Origin: an uncultured Thomasclavelia sp.
Lineage (GTDB): Bacteria; Bacillota_I; Bacilli_A; Erysipelotrichales; Coprobacillaceae
Direction: 5' to 3'
DNA length: 64,000 nucleotides
Assembly: GCF_944324745.1 (NCBI RefSeq)
Contig: NZ_CALUXO010000002.1
Coordinates: 7,273-71,272 of the forward strand
Shown here: piece by piece, positions 55,070-64,000 of the stretch
Position numbering within the stretch: the stretch's first letter is position 1
How the letters are laid out: every line of letters starts with the position of its first letter
The notes under the pieces: model-generated
Told to the model about the DNA's origin: nothing
Database searches by the model: none
What the model saw: the letters and a program-made list of their open reading frames with translations, nothing else
Translations under genes and position numbers: made by a program

Positions 55070-56839
55070 ATGGAAAGAAAAGATATTGATGTCAAAGACA
55101 CTTGGGATCTGTCGACCCTTTATTCTAGCGATGAAGCTTTCTATCAAGATATTGACCAGGCAAAATCATTAATCAATGATCTCGTCAGTTATAAAGGTAA
55201 GATTTGTAATACTATTGATAGTTTCTATCATTTCATGGAAACTAAAGATCAAGTTGAACGAATCATCAACAAATTATACTGCTACGCCCATTTAAATTGT
55301 GACGTTGAACCAAATAATCAAACTTATCAAACCATGTTAGCAGCAGTAATGGGAATTTTAGAAGCTTCATCCGTGCAGATTTCATTTATCGACAATGAAA
55401 TCATTGATCACGAAAGTGAAGTTCTATCATATATCAAAGATCCTAAACTAAATAAATATACTTATAAGATCAAATCATTATTATCATATAAAGATCATAT
55501 CCTGCCTAAAGAACAAGAAGAATTGTTAGCTAAGGTTGATAGTATTGCCGATACATCTAGTCAGGTTTTTGATGCCTTTAGATTAGAATACGAAGATGTA
55601 ATTGAAAATGGGAAGGCTAAAACTTTAAATAATGCTACTTTAAATAAATTTTTAAAGAGCAAAGATGCCAAAGTCCGTAAACAAGCATATACTAACTTCT
55701 TTAAAGAATATCGTCGCTATGAAAATGTCTTTGCGCAAACTTTATCTGGAGTCATGAAAAAAGATGCTTTTTATGCTAATGTTCGTAAATTTGATAATTC
55801 ACTAGAAGCCAGTGTTTTTGATGATGATGTTCCAAGTGATTTATTTTTTAAAGTTTTAGATAGCGCTAATAATAAATATCGTCATCTATTCCATCGCTAT
55901 AATCATTTAAAAAAAGAATTATTGCACTTAGATACGTTATATAACTACGATTTAAATATTCCTTTAGTTAAATCAATCACTAAAAAATATACGATCGATC
56001 AATGCTTTGAAATCATTAATCAATGTTTAAAACCATTTGGAGACGAATATCTAGAAATTATTAATAAAGCCCGTCAAGAACGCTGGATCGATTATTATCC
56101 AACACCTGGTAAACGAATTGGAGCTTATTCAAGCGGCTGCTATGATTCTAATCCTTTTATTTTAATGAACTTTATCGGGGATTATAATTCCCTTTCAACC
56201 ATGATTCATGAATTAGGACATAGTGTTCATAGTTACTTATCAAATCACTATCAGGAGCCTGTAAATGCCGGATATCGTATCTTTGTAGCTGAAGTAGCTT
56301 CAACTGTTAATGAAACATTATTGATTAACTATATGATCAATAATGCTAAAACCGATCAAGAAAAAGCTTACTTTATTTATGAACAATTAGAAAACTGTGT
56401 TGGCTTGATTTTCAGACAACCAATGTTTGCCGACTTTGAATATCGTCTGCATACGATGGCTGAAAACAATGAACCATTATCATCAAAAGTAATTACCGAT
56501 TTATACGCCAAACTAAATCAAGAATACTATGGACCTGATGTAACTTTAGATGAATTAGTTGGCTGGTCATGTTACTATGTTCCACATTTCTATTATAATT
56601 ACTATGTTTATAAATATACTTTAGGAATGACTGTCGCTTTAGCTATCGTTAAACGAATTTTAAATGGTGATCAAAAACAAGTAACTGATTACTTAAGCTT
56701 CTTAAAATCTGGTGGCAGCATGGCTCCAGTTGATTTATTAAAAAAAGCTGGTGTTGATCCATTAGATGATCAGATTTATGAAGATGCTTTTGCATATTTT
56801 GAAGAGTTATTAAATCAATTTGAAAATATCATGAAATAA
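55070..56839 (+). CDS. pepF: Oligoendopeptidase F (peptidase M3B)
   Basis: HELGHSVH zinc motif, 589 aa, and a PepF-like N-terminus (WDLSTLY). Confidence 0.9.
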   Translation: MERKDIDVKDTWDLSTLYSSDEAFYQDIDQAKSLINDLVSYKGKICNTIDSFYHFMETKDQVERIINKLYCYAHLNCDVEPNNQTYQTMLAAVMGILEASSVQISFIDNEIIDHESEVLSYIKDPKLNKYTYKIKSLLSYKDHILPKEQEELLAKVDSIADTSSQVFDAFRLEYEDVIENGKAKTLNNATLNKFLKSKDAKVRKQAYTNFFKEYRRYENVFAQTLSGVMKKDAFYANVRKFDNSLEASVFDDDVPSDLFFKVLDSANNKYRHLFHRYNHLKKELLHLDTLYNYDLNIPLVKSITKKYTIDQCFEIINQCLKPFGDEYLEIINKARQERWIDYYPTPGKRIGAYSSGCYDSNPFILMNFIGDYNSLSTMIHELGHSVHSYLSNHYQEPVNAGYRIFVAEVASTVNETLLINYMINNAKTDQEKAYFIYEQLENCVGLIFRQPMFADFEYRLHTMAENNEPLSSKVITDLYAKLNQEYYGPDVTLDELVGWSCYYVPHFYYNYYVYKYTLGMTVALAIVKRILNGDQKQVTDYLSFLKSGGSMAPVDLLKKAGVDPLDDQIYEDAFAYFEELLNQFENIMK

Positions 56840-56863
56840 AAGGCGGAGCAAATCCGCCTTTTT
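56839..56863. terminator. Bidirectional rho-independent terminator
   Basis: AAAGGCGGA-GCAAA-TCCGCCTTT followed by TT. Confidence 0.75.
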
Positions 56864-56865
56864 AG

Positions 56866-57735
56866 TTAAAATAATTGTAATTGCTCAAACTTGTCTTTCT
56901 TTTCATATTTTTTTAAATAGCTGAATATCGCCTGATTATCATGAACAATTCCATATTGCTGACATCTTTGATAAAACATATTCATCAATCCTTCATTATT
57001 TAAACTAGTGACCTCATAACGATTTCCATATATTCGCTGATGTTTTTCTTTCAAACCGGGAAGTAAACGATCTAACTGTTGATAAAAATACTCACGATTA
57101 CCTTCACGTAAAGTTAAACCCATCGAAAAACAAATAATCCCATATACCTTAGTCTCATTACAATAATCTAATATCGTTTGCAGATTTTCTTTTGTATCAT
57201 TGATAAAAGGTAAGATTGGCGATAACCAGACTACGGTTGGAATTCCAGCCTCATTTAACTTTTTTAATACCGCAAAGCGTTCTTTAGTGGTACAAACATA
57301 TGGTTCTAACTGACGACACAAAGCTTCGTCAGTGGTTGTTAAAGTCATTTGAACTACGCATTTTGTTTTTTAATTAATCGTTTTTAATAAATCCAGATCC
57401 CGTAAAACCAGATTCGATTTAGTCGTTAAAGTAAAACCAAAATCATATTGATACGCTAATTTTAAAGCTTGTCTTACATAACATAAACGCCTTTCAATTG
57501 GCATATAGGGATCGCTCATGGCTCCCGTGGATATCATGCCCTTTTTCCGTTTGTTTCTTAAAGTTTCTACAAATAACTTCAGTGCATTAGCTTTAATTTC
57601 AATATCTTCAAAATCATGATCCATCGAATAACACTTGCTTCTAGCATCACAATAAATACAGCCATGTAAACAGCGCCGATAAATATTCATATTATTATCA
57701 GATGATAGTATTCTCTTTACATCTTTATAATACAT
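56866..57735 (-). pseudogene. SPL/COG1533-type radical SAM protein interrupted by one in-frame TAA
   Basis: Track ORFs 57370..57735 (CLHGCIYC = CX3CX2C) and 56866..57348 are in the same frame. They are separated only by TAA (57372..57370) plus 7 sense codons (KTKCVVQ). GAGGGA SD before ATG 57735. Confidence 0.7.
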
Positions 57736-57805
57736 TCATTATCCCTCATTTATCTTTTTATATAAAAAAGCAAAACAGTCGATACTGACTATTTTGCTTA
57801 AATGG

Positions 57806-59215
57806 TTACTTTTCAGCTTTTTTCTTTTTACTTGGTAAAATTAAAGACAAAATCAATGATACCACAAAGACACCAGCTACAGCATTACCATTGAAAATTT
57901 CACCAACTACTGATGGAAATGCCGCAAAGAAATTACTTGAAGTTTGGGTTACTCCAACCCCAATACAAAAAGCTAAAGAAACGATGATCATTGTTCGTTC
58001 ATCAAATTCATTATCTTTCAACATCTTGATTCCTTCATACATAATTGAACCAAACATCATTACGGTACAACCACCTAAAACTGCTTGTGGCAAGGAATTA
58101 AAAAAGGCTCCTAATGGTGGAAATAAAGAAGCTAAAATCAAGATCAAAGCTCCCATTAAAATTGTAAAGCGATTAATAACCTGAGTCATCGTAACTAAGC
58201 CAACATTTTGGCTAAATGATGTCAATGGTAAACATCCAAAACATCCAGAAATAGCACTAGAAAAACCATCAACTGCCAAAGATCCTTGTAATTCCTCAAT
58301 TTTAATATCACGATTTAATGCACCAGTACAGACCGCTGTTGTAGCACCAGTAGTTTCAGCAGCTGAAACTAAAAAGACAATTGCAATTGTAAAGAAAGCA
58401 CCTAAATCAAAAACTGGCATATGTCCAGTAAAAAAGACTAATTTTGGAATTGAAAAAACACCTACTTGATCTATTGTCGTTGAAATTGTAGAAAAATCAA
58501 TCATTGGTGCAATTCCGGTAACTGTAAAAATAATTGAAATTAAATACCCACAAACTAGACCGACCAAAATATTTAAATTTTTATAAATTCCTTTAAGTAA
58601 ATAGCGTGACACTAAACAGATAATTAAAGTAATCGTACCAACTAGTAAATGATACCAGGCACCAAAATCATTAACACCTGAGCCACCACCCCAAGAATCC
58701 ATACCAACTGATAATAATGATAGCCCAATGGCAATAACCACGCAGGCTGAAACAACTGGTGTTAAAAAACGTTTCCAATATTTAGCACTTAGACCAACTA
58801 ATCCTTCAAAAATACCACCTAGGATAACCGCTCCAACCATTCCTTCATAACCTAGTTCTGGATTAGTTCCAATAACTAATAAACTACCTAAGAATGTAAA
58901 GCTAACCCCCATAACTATCGGCAGTTTAGAACCGATTTTCCAAATTGGATATAATTGCATACAAGTACCAATTCCTGCTGCAAACATTGCACATTGCAAC
59001 AAAGAAGTAATTTCCGCTGAAGTTAAATGTTCACCCGTATGACGAACCACAACGGCACCACAAACTATCATTACCGGTGCCAAGTTAGCAACAAACATTG
59101 CTAAAACATGCTGCAAACCAAATGGGATCGCTTTTTTTAAGGGTACCCGACCATTTAGCTTATAGATATTTTCCTCGCTAACCGATGAAACTTTCGCTTC
59201 CTTATCAATAGCCAT
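57806..59215 (-). CDS. Nucleobase:cation symporter-2 (NCS2) family permease (uracil/xanthine-type)
   Basis: 469 aa with about 13 TM segments. GLQHVLAMFVAN and the ETTG-containing segment (LVSAAETTGA) are typical of NCS2. Confidence 0.85.
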   Translation of the reverse strand: MAIDKEAKVSSVSEENIYKLNGRVPLKKAIPFGLQHVLAMFVANLAPVMIVCGAVVVRHTGEHLTSAEITSLLQCAMFAAGIGTCMQLYPIWKIGSKLPIVMGVSFTFLGSLLVIGTNPELGYEGMVGAVILGGIFEGLVGLSAKYWKRFLTPVVSACVVIAIGLSLLSVGMDSWGGGSGVNDFGAWYHLLVGTITLIICLVSRYLLKGIYKNLNILVGLVCGYLISIIFTVTGIAPMIDFSTISTTIDQVGVFSIPKLVFFTGHMPVFDLGAFFTIAIVFLVSAAETTGATTAVCTGALNRDIKIEELQGSLAVDGFSSAISGCFGCLPLTSFSQNVGLVTMTQVINRFTILMGALILILASLFPPLGAFFNSLPQAVLGGCTVMMFGSIMYEGIKMLKDNEFDERTMIIVSLAFCIGVGVTQTSSNFFAAFPSVVGEIFNGNAVAGVFVVSLILSLILPSKKKKAEK

Positions 59216-59300
59216 AACTTTGTCCTCCCTTTTATTTATTTAAAAAACGACAAAATTTTACCATACAATCATCGAAATTTCTACTGCTCAAGACAATTTA

Positions 59301-59329
59301 TTTATAAAACTGTCAGCTTATGGTATAAT
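59301..59329 (+). promoter_or_regulatory. Candidate promoter of ispG
   Basis: TTTATA, a 17 nt spacer, then TATAAT with an extended TG (TGGTATAAT). Confidence 0.45.
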
Positions 59330-59363
59330 TTAAAAAACTACAATTATGATAAAGGAGCTAAAA

Positions 59364-60419
59364 ATGAAACGTGAAGAAACAAGAGCGATTAAAGTAGGAA
59401 ACCTGACTATCGGTGGTAATAATAAAGTCATCATTCAATCTATGACTAATACTAAAACTCATGATGTTATGGCTACGGTTAAACAAATCAAGGAATTACA
59501 GGCAGCTGGCTGTCAATTAGTACGACTGGCAGTTCTTGATAAACGTGATGCTTTAGCTATTAAAGAAATTAAATCACAAGTAGATGTTCCTTTAGTTGCT
59601 GACATTCATTTTGATTATCGTTTGGCCTTAATGGCAATTGAAGCAGGAATTGATAAAATCAGAATCAATCCCGGAAATATCGGATCGATTGATAAAGTCA
59701 AACAAGTAGTAAATGCTTGTAAAGAACATCAGATTCCGATTCGTATTGGAGTTAATGGTGGTTCACTAGAAAAAGATATTCTAGAAAAATATGGTAAGCC
59801 AACCGCTGCTGGAATGATCGAAAGTGCTAAAAAACACGTTGACATCTTGGAACAGTTAGATTTTCATGATATCTGCATTTCATTAAAATCATCCAACACT
59901 TTACTGACGATTGAAGCTTATCAACTAGCCAGCGAAACCTTTGATTATCCTCTACATTTAGGAGTCACTGAAGCGGGGACTAAATTAGGGGGAACCATTA
60001 AGTCAAGTCTCGGTATTGGAACTTTATTATATCAAGGAATCGGTAATACCATTCGGGTTTCTTTAAGCGATAGTCCCGTTGAAGAAATAAAAGTTGCCAA
60101 AACGTTGTTAAAAGAATTAGAATTGATTGATAATGTTCCTACTTTAGTATCCTGTCCAACTTGTGGCCGGATCCAATATGATTTGATACCGGTTGCTAAA
60201 GAAATTGAAGATTTTTTAAATACGATCAACGCTGATATTACCGTTGCTATCATGGGATGCGCTGTCAATGGTCCTGGTGAAGCCAAACATGCTGATATTG
60301 GTATTGCCGGTGGCGTCAATGAAGGATTGTTAATTAAAAAAGGGGAAATTATTCGCAAGGTTAAACAAAGTGACATGGTTGCCGAATTGAAAAAAGAAAT
60401 TTTAGCGATGATCAAGTAG
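59364..60419 (+). CDS. ispG: 4-hydroxy-3-methylbut-2-en-1-yl diphosphate synthase
   Basis: [15 protein letters not shown] and a C-terminal CPTCGR ... GCAVNGPGE cluster motif. Start ATG 59364, after AAAGGAG. Confidence 0.93.
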   Translation: MKREETRAIKVGNLTIGGNNKVIIQSMTNTKTHDVMATVKQIKELQAAGCQLVRLAVLDKRDALAIKEIKSQVDVPLVADIHFDYRLALMAIEAGIDKIRINPGNIGSIDKVKQVVNACKEHQIPIRIGVNGGSLEKDILEKYGKPTAAGMIESAKKHVDILEQLDFHDICISLKSSNTLLTIEAYQLASETFDYPLHLGVTEAGTKLGGTIKSSLGIGTLLYQGIGNTIRVSLSDSPVEEIKVAKTLLKELELIDNVPTLVSCPTCGRIQYDLIPVAKEIEDFLNTINADITVAIMGCAVNGPGEAKHADIGIAGGVNEGLLIKKGEIIRKVKQSDMVAELKKEILAMIK

Positions 60420-60474
60420 TACTTAGTACTACTTTTTTTATTTGGGCATATAGTATTAATAGGAGGTTGATTTG

Positions 60475-60741
60475 ATGAAAAATAGTTACCGTAATTTATT
60501 TGATTTGAATTTTAAAGAATTTAAAAAGTTAATTTATAGTCAAAATATTGATATTGATAGTGATCAGCTGCTGATTATTTATAATTTAATTCAAAATAAT
60601 CGCTATGCCCTAATTGATAGTCATTATAATGAAGTTTTATATAATTATATAAGTGAAAAGACAAGTGTCGCCACTTGTCTTAAAATCAAACAATTTATCA
60701 GTAACTATCCCACTGGTTTTAAATTAGGATTGAATGTTTGA
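60475..60741 (+). CDS. Hypothetical protein
   Basis: AGGAGG lies 8 nt upstream of ATG 60475. No recognisable motif. The 3' end overlaps the nfo 3' end by 37 nt. Confidence 0.4.
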   Translation: MKNSYRNLFDLNFKEFKKLIYSQNIDIDSDQLLIIYNLIQNNRYALIDSHYNEVLYNYISEKTSVATCLKIKQFISNYPTGFKLGLNV

Positions 60742-61574
60742 ATTCTAAACATTTCAATCTCTTCTTTGTATGGGGCTACCTTATCAATGTATGGTGTTTC
60801 TAATATTTTAGGAACATCTTTTAATTTTTCATGATGAACTATTTTGTTTAAAGTTTCAAAACCGATCTTTCCATAACCAATATTTTCATGCCGGTCTTTA
60901 TGAGCTCCCCTTTCATTTTTTGAATCATTTATATGGACAACCAATAAACGATCAAGTCCAATTTTTTGATCCAATTCCGTTAAAATATCATCAAATTTCG
61001 TTAAATCATAACCGGCATCATGAATATGGCAAGTATCTAAACAAAAGCCTAAACATTCATTATTATCAACATGATTAAAAATATAAGCTAATTCATCAAA
61101 ATTGCGGCCACATTCACTACCTTTACCAGCCATCGTTTCCAAAGCAATTTTGACATTACCACAATTTTTAGTTGCTTCATTTAGCCCTTTAACTATTTGC
61201 TTTAAGCCAGCTTCACTTCCTGCTTTAACATGGGAACCTGGATGCAAAACTAATATAGAAGTGCCGATTTTTTGACAACGTTCGATTTCAGCTTTTAAAA
61301 AGCTGACTGCCAATTCAAATGTTTCTGGTTTAATAGTATTAGCTAAATTAATGATATATGGGGCATGAACAACAACATTATTAATATCAATGTTATTTTC
61401 TGCCATTAATTGTTTAGCTTCAGCAACTTTTAATTGTTCAACTGGTTTACGAGCGGTGTTTTGAGGCGCTCCAGTATAAAACATAAAAGTATTAGCTCCA
61501 TATGACAAAGCTTCCTTAACGGAACCTAATAACATATCTTTGCCTGACATTGAAACATGACTACCAATAATCAT
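60705..61574 (-). CDS. nfo: Endonuclease IV
   Basis: IGSHVS, VLHPGS, LETMAG, CLDTCH and VVHINDSKN metal-site motifs; 289 aa. Confidence 0.92.
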   Translation of the reverse strand: MIIGSHVSMSGKDMLLGSVKEALSYGANTFMFYTGAPQNTARKPVEQLKVAEAKQLMAENNIDINNVVVHAPYIINLANTIKPETFELAVSFLKAEIERCQKIGTSILVLHPGSHVKAGSEAGLKQIVKGLNEATKNCGNVKIALETMAGKGSECGRNFDELAYIFNHVDNNECLGFCLDTCHIHDAGYDLTKFDDILTELDQKIGLDRLLVVHINDSKNERGAHKDRHENIGYGKIGFETLNKIVHHEKLKDVPKILETPYIDKVAPYKEEIEMFRIQTFNPNLKPVG

Positions 61575-62944
61575 TAATCTTCCTCTTCCTTTCTTTTAGC
61601 AATTTGAGCCGCTCTCGCTCTTTCTTTTTTCTGACGACGAATATCATTTTGAATAATCTGTCGTTTTTGTTTTCGAACTAACTGTTCAATCTCTCTTTTC
61701 CGTTTTTTCTTATACCCCGGTTTAACTTTTTTAGGACGACGAACAATTTTTTGAATTTCTTTTTCTAATTCAGTTGGTTGCTTAACTCGTTTTGTTCGTT
61801 TTAGTCTCTCCCCCAAATCAACAAACTGATTATTTTTAATTCCCATGTTTTTGAAAACAATGCCACGTTTTTCTAAAATCTTCAAATTATCTTCATCACT
61901 TGTATCATAGAAACTATAACAGATACCAGTATATTTACCACGGCCACAACGACCACTACGATGAATATAAAATTTAGGATCTCGCGGTAATTCAAAATTA
62001 ATTACATGTGAAGCACCATCGATATCGATTCCCCGAGCGGCAATATCAGTGGCTACAATGTATTGATATTCGTTATTAGCAATTCTGCGCATCATCTGTT
62101 TTCTTTCACGAGGCTCTAAATTACCATGAATTTCACCAACTTTTAAGCCTTCTTCACGTAAGTTTCTGGCAATTTTAGCTACCTGTTCACGGGTATTAGC
62201 AAAAATCAAACAGATATAAGGATCTATTAAAGAAATAACTTTTTTTAACATTTCAAAACGATCTTGGTGCTTAGTTGCCAATAAGATGTTTTCAACATTT
62301 TTACTGGTAATTTCATCACTATCAATTTCTACTAATGCTGGTGATTTAAGATATTTCTTTAAAAACGGACGCATTACTTGCGGAATCGTCGCTGAAAATA
62401 CTAAAAGCTGTAAATTATCTTTCATTTTCCCAGCCACAGCATCAATATCTTCTAAATAGCCAAATTCAAAAGTCATATCCGCTTCATCAATAACCATGAT
62501 ATCCGCTGTTGTAATTTTTAAAGCTTGTTCACCTAAAGATAAATCCTTAATTCTTCCCGGTGTCCCAATAACAATATGGGGCTGGGTATTTAGTTTTTGA
62601 ATTGTCTTTTGACGATCGCTACCACCAATAATCAAAGATACTCGTAAATCTGGACAATACTTTTCAAACATGCGAGCATTATGATAGATTTGTTGTGCCA
62701 ACTCTCTAGTTGGTGCCGTGATAACCGCTTGAACAATATCTTTGGAACAATCTATTTTATCAACAATCGGTAATAAAAAAGCATGAGTCTTTCCGGTTCC
62801 TGTTTGTGATATTCCGATTACATCTTGATTCTTTTTAATTAAAGGAATTACTCGTTCTTGAATTTCAGTTGGTTTAACAAAACCTAGTTCATCAATCACT
62901 TGATAACAATAATCAGCTAAACCAAATTGCTTAAATGTACTCAT
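61574..62944 (-). CDS. cshB: DEAD-box ATP-dependent RNA helicase (CshB-like)
   Basis: Q-motif region, [24 protein letters not shown], and a basic K/R-rich tail. The nfo-adjacent position matches Bacillus yqfR. Confidence 0.88.
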   Translation of the reverse strand: MSTFKQFGLADYCYQVIDELGFVKPTEIQERVIPLIKKNQDVIGISQTGTGKTHAFLLPIVDKIDCSKDIVQAVITAPTRELAQQIYHNARMFEKYCPDLRVSLIIGGSDRQKTIQKLNTQPHIVIGTPGRIKDLSLGEQALKITTADIMVIDEADMTFEFGYLEDIDAVAGKMKDNLQLLVFSATIPQVMRPFLKKYLKSPALVEIDSDEITSKNVENILLATKHQDRFEMLKKVISLIDPYICLIFANTREQVAKIARNLREEGLKVGEIHGNLEPRERKQMMRRIANNEYQYIVATDIAARGIDIDGASHVINFELPRDPKFYIHRSGRCGRGKYTGICYSFYDTSDEDNLKILEKRGIVFKNMGIKNNQFVDLGERLKRTKRVKQPTELEKEIQKIVRRPKKVKPGYKKKRKREIEQLVRKQKRQIIQNDIRRQKKERARAAQIAKRKEEED

Positions 62945-63070
62945 TTTAAAACATTCCTCCTTTTTTAGTCAATTAATTTTATCATAACAAAATAAAAAAG
63001 CAACCATTATAATTTTCTTTAGACACAAAATCCAAAAAAGTGCATAAAATATCATGAAGGAGGGATAAAA

Positions 63071-63412
63071 ATGCACCCATTTTACGATGAAAATTACTAT
63101 TTCAACGACTTTAACCCTCAAATGTATCCCTATGGACAATTCCCGGTTGACCGTAAAGTCAGATTGAAACAAAACCTGCATAAATCACTACATTATGCCT
63201 CAAGAACTATTTACACTATTAATCAAATTATTCCCCTAATCTATCAAATTCGTCCATTAGTCAATAACACTAAAAATGCTTTTAAAGTTATCCATGCCAT
63301 CAATCATTTAAATGATATCGATTTTGATGAAGTTGAAAATAGTATCACCCCTATCGATGATAAAAATGATGCTCAAGATAATGACGTCACCTTTGAAAAT
63401 ATGTTAGAATAG
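63071..63412 (+). CDS. Hypothetical protein in the yqfQ position
   Basis: GGAGGGA upstream of the ATG. It lies between cshB and ispH exactly where Bacillus has yqfQ. I cannot verify sequence similarity. Confidence 0.5.
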   Translation: MHPFYDENYYFNDFNPQMYPYGQFPVDRKVRLKQNLHKSLHYASRTIYTINQIIPLIYQIRPLVNNTKNAFKVIHAINHLNDIDFDEVENSITPIDDKNDAQDNDVTFENMLE

Positions 63413-63427
63413 TTTCGAGGTGATATT

Positions 63428-64000
63428 ATGAAAGTATATCCAATCAGTCCTAGAGGATATTGTAAAGGTGTAGTCAGAGCAATCCAAATGGCAAAAAAAC
63501 AAGCTCATAAAGACAATGTCTATATTTTAGGGATGATTGTTCATAATCAATATATTGTTGAGGCATTAGAAAAATTAGGAATCAAAACTATTGATCAAAA
63601 AGGAGCTACTAGACTAGAATTGCTAGACCAAGTCGATCATGGAACGATTATCATTACTGCTCATGGTGTTGATGAACAGGTAAAAAATAAAGCTTTAGCT
63701 AAGGGATTAGAGGTTATTGATGCTACTTGTTTAGATGTAATTAAAACGCATGATCTAATTAAAGATTATTTAAATAAAAATTATGAGGTTTTATATATTG
63801 GTAAAAGTGGTCATCCTGAATCAGAAGGCTCTTTAGCAATTGATCCCAAGCATATTCATTTAATCGAAAATAAAGAAGATCTAAAAAAATTAAATCCCGA
63901 TTTAAGATATGTCATTACTAATCAAACAACTATGTCACTTTATGATGTCTATAATTTATGTAACGAAGCTAAAAAACGGTTACCAGATTTAGAAATTGCC
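63428..64000 (+). CDS. ispH: 4-hydroxy-3-methylbut-2-enyl diphosphate reductase, C-terminus truncated by the window edge
   Basis: Own translation: MKVYPISPRGYCKGVVRAIQMAKK ... ITAHGV ... DATCLDVIKTH (IspH Cys/His motifs). GAGGTGA upstream. The frame is open to position 64000. Confidence 0.9.
   Translation, partial: MKVYPISPRGYCKGVVRAIQMAKKQAHKDNVYILGMIVHNQYIVEALEKLGIKTIDQKGATRLELLDQVDHGTIIITAHGVDEQVKNKALAKGLEVIDATCLDVIKTHDLIKDYLNKNYEVLYIGKSGHPESEGSLAIDPKHIHLIENKEDLKKLNPDLRYVITNQTTMSLYDVYNLCNEAKKRLPDLEIA

Noticed and set aside
59216-59345. Purine/guanine riboswitch upstream of the NCS2 permease
   Set aside because: The leader is under 130 nt and AT-rich. It has no three-way-junction sequence resembling the purine aptamer and no terminator/antiterminator pair.
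60032-60415. Track ORF (-), 127 aa
   Set aside because: It lies antisense to the well-supported ispG gene.
60705-60741. 37 nt convergent 3'-end overlap between hypothetical ORF 60475..60741 and nfo
   Set aside because: The overlap is probably incidental. The small ORF itself is of uncertain reality, and there is no terminator or antisense-regulation signal to support a functional overlap.
62969-63181. Track ORF (-), 70 aa
   Set aside because: It overlaps the cshB/yqfQ-like promoter region and the yqfQ-like start. It has no SD.
1-64000. CRISPR arrays, tRNA/rRNA genes, IS elements, integrases, prophage or defence islands
   Set aside because: Reading both strands, I found no spaced direct-repeat arrays, no cloverleaf-like GC-rich segments, and no transposase, recombinase or phage-like ORFs. 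The window looks like core chromosome.

Overview
This is an AT-rich, gene-dense chromosomal window from a spore-forming low-GC Firmicute. Local synteny is Bacillus-like: rpsT-gpr-spoIIP, nfo-cshB-yqfQ-like-ispH, and spoIIAA-spoIIAB-sigF. I can support about 60 protein-coding genes (mostly minus strand), one T-box leader, a set of rho-independent terminators and a few sigma-A-type promoters. I see no rRNA, tRNA, CRISPR array, transposase, integrase or phage genes. In order, the window holds: a truncated secreted esterase; an RpiR regulator; mraY-murD; a His15-less HPr paralogue; a GT2-like gene; a PqqD-like plus two radical SAM/SPASM gene operon; M32 carboxypeptidase and MATE; a ktrB-ktrA-kdpD-like-kdpE-like operon; a complete trpEGDCFBA operon behind a Trp T-box; several envelope and membrane genes; a roughly 3 kb LRR surface-protein pseudogene; the spoIIA operon plus a signal peptidase; a dacF-like gene; a BY-kinase module with CapD-like and NusG-paralogue genes; fmt; spoIIP, gpr, rpsT and pepF; a broken SPL-type radical SAM gene; an NCS2 permease; ispG; nfo; a DEAD-box helicase; and truncated ispH. 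Several starts were moved downstream of the track's longest-ORF start to the ATG that has a Shine-Dalgarno (SD) sequence or translational coupling. The best candidate for something undescribed is the operon at 8.6-11.3 kb: a stand-alone PqqD/RRE-like protein plus two tandem paralogous SPASM radical SAM enzymes, with its own promoter, structured leader and terminator, but no recognisable precursor peptide. Other items worth a second look:
- a KdpD-like kinase that lacks the N-terminal Kdp domain but keeps the c-di-AMP USP motif, wired to ktrBA instead of kdpFABC
- an unannotated 26-codon hydrophobic ORF next to that operon
- a monocistronic HPrK/PEPCK-like P-loop protein of unknown function
- an LRR surface-protein gene disrupted at two poly-A tracts and one TAG
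- a recurring intergenic motif, TTTTGTGAT(T/A)A
All family calls rest on motifs read by eye. No database search was possible.
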